Source: the human T2T-CHM13v2.0 reference genome, Homo sapiens
Assembly: GCF_009914755.1 (NCBI RefSeq)
Contig: NC_060925.1
Reading direction: 5' to 3' (one strand)
Length of the DNA: 64,000 nucleotides
The translations under genes and the position numbers were made by a program. Below, one piece after another: positions 56,306-64,000 of the stretch. The notes beneath the pieces are model-generated. The model ran no database searches, was not told the DNA's origin, and saw only the letters and a list, made by a program, of their open reading frames with translations. Position 1 is the stretch's first letter; each line of letters opens with the position of its first letter.

Positions 56306-57767
56306 GAAATCCCATTTTTGTGAACCTTGAGTTTTTGAAACTTTCACTGAAAAAAACCGCGTGCGATGCTATCCGCCGGGAGCGCTGGAGCCTTGGCTCT
56401 CAAAACCAGCCGCGGTGCTAACCGCCGGGATCCCTGGCAGCTGACCTCCGCGTTGTGTGGTTCCCAATGTCCTCTTCTGCCTTAGTGCTGTACGGGTAAT
56501 TTTGAGGTATTTGGTTTTTCCGACTAGGGTTGTAGTGATAACTCTTAGCTGCTTAACCACGGCAATTACGTTATGGAAACTGACACTTTAAGAAAATTTA
56601 CTGACCAAAGGAAGTAAGTACTAATAATACCAAAACAAATTGTTTGTCTTTCCACCAAACCTGTACCTGCCTTGCCTTTCTATTTCCTAACTCAGAAAAC
56701 GGGCACTATGTGTGGAACCTGGTCCTTAGTCATGCCATGTACTGCTGGCTGCCAATTCTTGGAGAGTCGGCCTCCTAAATACCTTGTTGATTAAGCACCT
56801 TCCTCTCCAGCCTCACCGCCAGTTACTTCCTCATTGCTCCCTTTGGGTTATTGCATCCTGCCTTGCATGCTCTATCTGGTTTCCGGTCTTCAGCTCTCCT
56901 GTCCCGTCCATCCATCAAGTAGTTGCCAGAGAATCCTTCTAAAATACTATACGGTATAAACCTGGTCTGCTTAAACTCTTTCAATGTATTGCAGGGTCTG
57001 ATACGATCTTCTTAGTTTGGAAGGTAATGCCCTTCATGATCTGGCCCTGAAACTCTTTCCTCTCCCTCACCGACACAGAACCAAACTGCTTTCTTGAACT
57101 CACACTCTGGCTTTTGAATCTTTGCCTATGAACCTTGGGCTTTTCTTCTCTTCTTTGCCTGGCGAACTCCTACTCATCCTTCATGACCACACCCCCCAAA
57201 TCAAGCCTCTTTTCTGCAGCCCTTTCTTCATTCTCTTCCTATTTAACTGTTTTTCTCACTAGAAATAAAGCTTCTCCAGGGAATGACCCTGTGTTGTTCA
57301 TCTGGTATCTTCAGCACCTGAACTCAAGCTTGCACATTGTAGGTAGTAAATAAATGTGAGTTGAATGTCCAAGGTTTCCAAATGCACCTGTGTCGTGTCG
57401 GAATCTTATGTAATATTTATGTATGTAATCTAGCTTGAATCGTCTTGGTATATAGCTCATAATTCATACAATCAGGCTGACCCTCTACCTCTGCCCAGGC
57501 CTCTACCTCCTGTGTAGCTGTGCCTTCTCCTATCTGCCCCAATGCTCTAAAACGATCTCTAATGCTTATTCACCCTCCTATCCCATACTTCCCATAAGAA
57601 TCCCCCTTAGCCCAATTGTCTCAGCAAGATTTGGAAAGCAAGCTGGCTAATTCATATGAGTTGTGGTGAGATGGTTGCTGGGAGGAGGGGGTGTTTCTTA
57701 CCAATCCAAACCAATCTCTGTTACAATGTTGGACAAAGGGAAGAAGAAAGAATTTTATCATTCATAT

Positions 57768-57773
57768 TTTATT
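57768..57773 (-). terminator. FCGR3B: FCGR3B poly(A) signal (second candidate 57829-57834)
   Basis: tttatt on + equals AATAAA on -, about 1.3 kb after the stop. Confidence 0.6.
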
Positions 57774-59071
57774 ACCATGGTTTTGCCATCTTCTATCTAA
57801 GAGTAGCATGCAAGATCTTGTAAAATGCTTTATTGGAACCAAGAAATGTTGCACTGAAAGCTTACAAAACAGAGACAGCTAAAGCTTTTTTTCATAAGCA
57901 ACAATTGTCTTCTCCATCCCCACCTCATTGGAACTGACATGAAGAAGGATTTGAAAGTTTCACAGCGTAACTCAGTGAAGCTCAGTAGTACATTTAGTAT
58001 TGGTTATACAACATTTGTTTAATAAATGCAATGAACAAAGCTATACAGGAACTAGACATTGAAGCAGAAAAGGTGGTTTTACAGTCCCTGCATTAACCTC
58101 TAATTCTTACTACCCTGGCCAAGAAAGCATTTTCACCTCCTGCGCTTTCCTTCCTGTGTGCTTGTGGTTGGTTCTTTCTTCTCAGGCTTTCTCATTCTGA
58201 TGCTGAGATAGTTCTGTTCACTTAGCTTAACTTGGGACAGTGACACAGGGTTTGTTCTGTACTTTCTTTTCCACCCCACCCCCACCCCAATCCTCAGTCC
58301 CCTTCCTAGGACCATTTGCTACTCCTAGCATTAGAGGGCTCATCGTTATATACTTGGAAATGGTCCAGTTCTGATAGAGTCCCCTGGAAGACTCAATTCT
58401 ACGTCACCCTCATGATTTCCTGTTAATTCCACTACGGCTAATGTTCTAGGAAGACACCCTTATCTCTGGGCTCAGATGGGAACACCTCCCTTAGACTATC
58501 CTGGACTACCCTGCTATTTCTCAGCCATGCTTTCATTGGTCCCACTGAATTCTCTAGATCCCCAGCAGTTCCCACACTCTGTAGGGTCCTGCCTCAACCA
58601 TTAATTCTACTTATCCATTTGTTTAGGAATAATTATTTTCTTTTTTCCCCTCTAAACTGGGTAATTTATAATACGAGCAATTTTTGTATGTTTAAAGGAT
58701 TACCATCCCTAGCCTGTATTGTTGTTTTACTGTGAGGGAATGGTTGGGACAGAAAAAGTGTTTGTGTAGCTCTGAAACTTCAATTTCTAGGAATGCAGCT
58801 ACTCACTGGGGCTTCCCTGCTTGAAGATCATGGGCTTTTCCCTTCCACTGGAGACCAAGGAAAAATCGAGAGTTGGATAAAGGATCTGGCTCTGAGTTCT
58901 ATGTTTCCTGCTGCTTGTAGAGAGGCCTGAGGATGATGGGGTTGCAAATCCAGAGAAATGTTCAGAGATGCTGCTGCCACTGCTCTTATTACTCCCATGG
59001 GATGGGGGTCATTTGTCTTGAGGGTCCTTTCTCCATTTAAGTTTATGGTCCTTCCAGTCTCTTGTTGAGCT

Positions 59072-59196
59072 TCAAATGTTTGTCTTCACAGAGAAATATA
59101 GTCCTGTGTCCACTGCAAAAAGGAGTACCATCACCAAGCAGAAAGAGACTTGGTACCCAGGTGGAGAGAATGATGAGATGGTTGACACTGCCAAAC
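59072..59196 (-). CDS. FCGR3B: FCGR3B last coding exon (GPI-anchor signal)
   Basis: GLAVSTISSFSPPGYQVSFCLVMVLLFAVDTGLYFSVKTNI*; Ser203 and the early TGA distinguish it from FCGR3A. Confidence 0.96.
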
Positions 59197-60700
59197 CTAT
59201 TAGGAGAAGTGGAGAGATGAAAAAAAATGACAGTCACTAAGGCAGATATTTGGAACAAACAGTGAGGTCACCAGTAGAGAGTCTTTGACAACGGCCAACA
59301 GGCAAGTGGTAGGAATGGTGGGGAGGTGTGGGGGAAAGTATTGCTTCCTCCCATTGGTTCCTGATCTTAGTGCTATCTGAGCAGAGGACAGCTCACCAAA
59401 CACTTAGCAAAGGCTCCTGCTTGTTTGACAGAGATGTGACAGGGAGCGTTAACAAGTTAGGTTGTAAGCTGGGTTTTGTGTGACAGTTAAGAAATTGTCA
59501 GACAATGCTATGGTCTAGAAACTGGGACAAATTTGTTGATTTTGCATTTCAATTTTTTAAACTCTTGATTTTGATATATTTCCAAACTTAAAAAAAATGA
59601 CCAGAATAGTATAAAGAAATCTCGTATATCCTTTACCCAGATCCACTCATTGTTTACATGTTACCCCATTTGCTTTATTTGCTCTCTTTCCCTAACCACT
59701 TGGGAGTATTTACTTTCAGTTTAAAGTGTCATGAAATTATTTTTGTACAAATTATGGCATTGTAGTGTCAAAATCTCAAAAGGTGTTTTGCTGCCTTTCT
59801 ACATGCAAATTGTTTACAATTTATGTCTTGGGCTAGTTACAGATAGTAGTTCTGTGAAACTGGAAAGTCCAGGCACACCACTCTAGAGCTCTGATTCTGG
59901 AGGCTGGTGCTATGGAACCTAGAGATGTTTTGTGGATGACTTAATGGGATCATAGGATATTAGTGCTTGTTCAAATCTTTTACTTACTGGTTAAATATAC
60001 AGGCTTTGAAGTCTTTGATGTGACCTTAGGGAAACTTATTTATTTATTTTTGCACCTCGGTTACTTCATCTGTAAAATGGAATATTACCTATCTCATGTT
60101 GTGAAGGTCTACTGTGGTAGTCAAACCAGGTGCATGTAAAGAATTGTTTAGCACAGAGTCTAGCACACTGAAAGGTGCCCAATAAATGTCAGCTTATTTT
60201 TGTTACGGAAGAAGAAATTGGGGTTCAGAGAGACTAAGTGGCTCACCTCTGGTCAGATGGTTAATTAGCTGCAGGGCCAGAACCCAGGTTCTGGGCTCTT
60301 TCTGTGAGGGGATGAGGGGCTCCTGCCAGTTTGGATCGTGGCTAAAAGGCTTGGATAAGAAGGAGGCCAGCACGATAGGAACATATGACACCGTGGGTGT
60401 GATTAGGGTAAGGAAAGACAGAGGTATTTATTGGGGAGGAGATGTGGCTTCTGCTCCTGCCATCATGCTGCAGAGTGAATGACACCTCCTAGCTACCCCA
60501 AAAGAATGGACTGAAACAGAGCTGCAAACCTACCCTGCAATCAGGGACTTTTGGGGACCTCCTGGTGATCACCAGGAGGGAACCACATATGAAGAAGTGC
60601 GTGTAAGAATCAGGAATCTCCTCCCAACTCAACTTCCCAGTGTGAGTGCAGGTTCCACACACAGGCGTCCCTGGGCATTCCAGGGTGGCACATGTCTCAC

Positions 60701-60958
60701 CTTGAGTGATGGTGATGTTCACAGTCTCTGAAGACACATTTTTACTCCCAACAAGCCCCCTGCAGAAGTAGGAGCCGCTATCTTTGAGTGTGGCTTTTGG
60801 AATGTGGAAGTCAGAATTATGATGAAAATACTTCCTGTCTTTGCCATTCTGTAAATATGTGACCTTATGCAGAGCAGTGTTCTTCCAGCTGTGACACCTC
60901 AGGTGAATAGGGTCTTCCTCCTTGAACACCCACCGAGGGGCCTGGAGCAACAGCCAGC
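60701..60958 (-). CDS. FCGR3B: FCGR3B EC2 exon (upstream exons lie beyond the window end)
   Basis: [86 protein letters not shown]; the D and H residues are the IIIb type; 258 nt, AG/GT ends. Confidence 0.96.
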
Positions 60959-62547
60959 CTGAAAGACACAGAGACACCCCAGGCCCGGGAGGCCTCAGCT
61001 CTCAGTGCAGAGCTTTGTGAAGGGGCCACGTACCACCCAGATCCTGAGACATAAGGGAAAGCCAGATTGGGAGTCAACCCTGCATAGCTCCCTTTGGGGA
61101 AGAGCTGATGGGGCCCTGCAAGAGAACTGAAGTCATACCAAGACCTTTGTCTAATGGGGAAGAGGGACACACACACATGTGATCAACACACAGGGTTAGA
61201 GCAGAGGGACTAAGCAATGAGGTAAGTGAGAAGCAACGATGAGCATATCTGCAGGATCCTTAAGTGCTAGACTTAGATTTGCTGTGGCAGGTGACAAGGA
61301 TTCACAGTAAGTTCTAGATCAGAGTAAAAATTGCATTTGAAAATGATGAGTTGCTCTATTAGAGGAAAAGGTAGATTTCAGAAGGAATAGGCAATCAAAG
61401 GAATATTGAAAGACTCTTGTGGCCTTCAGGAATAAGCTGACGGTCGCCACAGAGTGGCTGCAGAAATTGTGAAGGAGAACTAACTCAATGTAAACATCAG
61501 GGTGGCGAAGGGCGGGACTGGTAGTGCTCAGAGTGGCAATTCGTGGTTTCTAAGGTGTCACAGGGCCTCGGTGAGACCAACTTTATTACTGAGCATGGCC
61601 TTCAAGAGAGGAAATTCTTATATCGCCAGAGCTTATTCTCACAATCATGTCACCAAGTAATCAGACTTCACAAAGAGAGAACATGAGGTCATGGTCGGGA
61701 AATGGCCTGAATAATTAAAAAAATAATGATGTTATAGGTAAGTATTATAATGGCATAAGAAAATATTCATGAGACAATGTTAAGTTAAAAAAGCATAATA
61801 CTTCAAATATTTTAAAAAGTATTATGCACAGAAAAAAGAAGGATATGCACTTACATATTAACAGGGGTTTTCTCTGAAGGAGTGGGACCAAAGGACATTT
61901 TAAATTTCTCCTGTTTACTTTTATATATTTTTGAAATTGACCGGAAACGTAATAAGAGCAAAACTAAATTTTCTGTAATTTTATTTTTTAAATCTACATT
62001 CTCAGGTTGAATTACTATAATTTTAAAAAACTACTACCTGATGCTAAACAAAATTGGTAGGACGTGTGTTGGTCATGATTCTCTAACACAAAGATTTGCC
62101 AAACAGAAAGTAATCTTCATTACCTATTAAGAGATATCATTTATCAAAAGAAGCCATGTGCCTATCTATCCACTTACTTTTTCAGCAAAGAGATGAATCA
62201 TTATTAGCATAAAGTCATGGTTAGTATATAGTCTGGTGGCCTTTGGAGGAACATTCTTGTTCGAATCTGTCCTGTCATGGACTCAGTGAATGCCCATGTG
62301 TATATTCCTTCAAGTGATATTTCATCAAGCACTCACTATGTATGACACACTGTGGACTGGAGATACCCAGATGATGGGACATATAGTTCTCAGCCTCAAA
62401 GAATCTACAGCCTAGACATAGAAACATAAATATTCAGAAATAATCACAATACAATATGACGAGTGCTACAACAGGCTAAGAATAAAGGACTGCGGGGCCG
62501 ACTAGATTGGAATAAAGAAATTCTGCCTGAAAGAAGTAAAAAATGCA

Positions 62548-62878
<331 letters not shown>

Positions 62879-63702
62879 TCAGAGGAGGACATAAGTCAAA
62901 TGGGTCCTAAAGGAATAAAGGATGCTCAGAAGTTTACCTGGTGAAGCTAATTCTCATGGTCACAGTTTAATATAGCCTTGATTGGCTAGACTTCTAAAGC
63001 CAGTTTCTAGAGCCAAGTTCAAGGCAAACTAGTAACTCCTAGACTTGATTTTTCTATTGCTTTCTCTTGGTAATTCCCCCATTTTATTTGGTTGTAGGTG
63101 GACATCTCTTACCTAGCTAGAAATGGACATACCTTCTTGTAGCTCTGGAGAGTGAAGACCATGTCAGTTGAGTGGTACTGTCAGAGGCCAAAGAGCCACA
63201 AAAATCAGTTTCAGAGGCCCAATTCCATGGAGCTCTCTTGCAGATCCACCTCCTTATGCCCTTCTTCCCCCAAAGCTTGTTCCACCCATAAACATTGTAT
63301 GAATGGAACAGCCGTGGAAGTAGAATTAGGTTTGCAGGGCGACACTGCAGGGACCAGCCTATGTGGTAAGATTGTAGGGACACCAGGAAAGACCCCTGCC
63401 TTCAAAATATTTCTCCTACCTGTGTCTGATGTCTATATTCTGTTAATAGTACACAAGAACTTTCATGTCATGATTAATGTGCAGGCTGAACATGTATCTG
63501 CCTCTATTGGAAGAGCTATCACATTACCAAATTTATGCTTAATTATAGGTTTGAGTATAGCATTGATGAGGAGACAGAAAGATATGATGCTAGGCCACTA
63601 GGATTGCTTTGGGAGGTGGCTTAGGGCATTACATGTCTGAGAGCGAGAAGGAGATTGAGGTCCTAACACCAAATTCATTAATTTATTCAATAAATATTAT
63701 TG

Positions 63703-64000
63703 GCCAGGTGTGGTGGCTCACGCCTGTAGTCCCAGCACTTTGGGAAGCCAAGGCTGGTGAATCACCTGAGGTCAGGAGTTTGAGGCCAGACTGACCAACA
63801 TGGTGAAACCCTGTCTCTACTAAAAATACAAAAATTAGCTGGGCGTGGTGGCGGGTGCCTGTAATCTCAGCTACTCGGGAGGCTGAGGCAGGAGAATCAC
63901 TACAACCCAAGGGGGCAGAAGTTGCAGTGAGCTCAGATTGCCGCATTGCACTCCAGCCTGGGTGAGAGAGTGATACTCTGTCTCAAAAAATAAAATTAAA
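63703..64000 (+). mobile_element. Alu (S)
   Basis: Full sense Alu at the window end. Confidence 0.9.

Noticed and set aside
59009-60958. Calling the minus-strand gene FCGR3A, or the plus-strand genes FCGR2B, FCGR2A or HSPA6
   Set aside because: Ser203 with the early TGA and IIIb-type D/H residues, the 2B-ectodomain/2A-tail chimera with TAG57, and the HSP70 frameshift identify FCGR3B, FCGR2C and HSPA7.

Overview
Human genomic DNA from the 1q23.3 low-affinity Fc-gamma receptor segmental duplication. In order on the + strand: a repeat-rich upstream region, then FCGR2C (ATG 15985 to TAA 34354). This FCGR2C is the non-functional allele, with TAG at codon 57 and an AT instead of GT donor after the C2 exon. 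A decayed tRNA cluster (Asp, Gly-body, Leu, Gly-body, Asn) surrounds the frameshifted intronless HSP70 gene HSPA7. Next come a full-length SVA and an RPS23 processed pseudogene broken by a MER11 LTR and a short templated insertion. The last two exons of FCGR3B lie on the - strand. The most striking structure is at the FCGR2C 3' end. The ITAM-coding last exon lies inside a decayed ERV1-class provirus (two LTRs, tRNA-Leu PBS, PPT, gag and env relics) and is in frame with the env transmembrane relic. A fossil FCGR2B-type ITIM exon with a dead splice acceptor survives downstream in the 3' UTR. Together these record an inhibitory-to-activating receptor switch caused by a retroviral insertion. The outline of this story has, to my recollection, been proposed before; I cannot confirm whether the env-frame details have. 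Repeat subfamily names and reference-sequence comparisons are from memory and were not searched.
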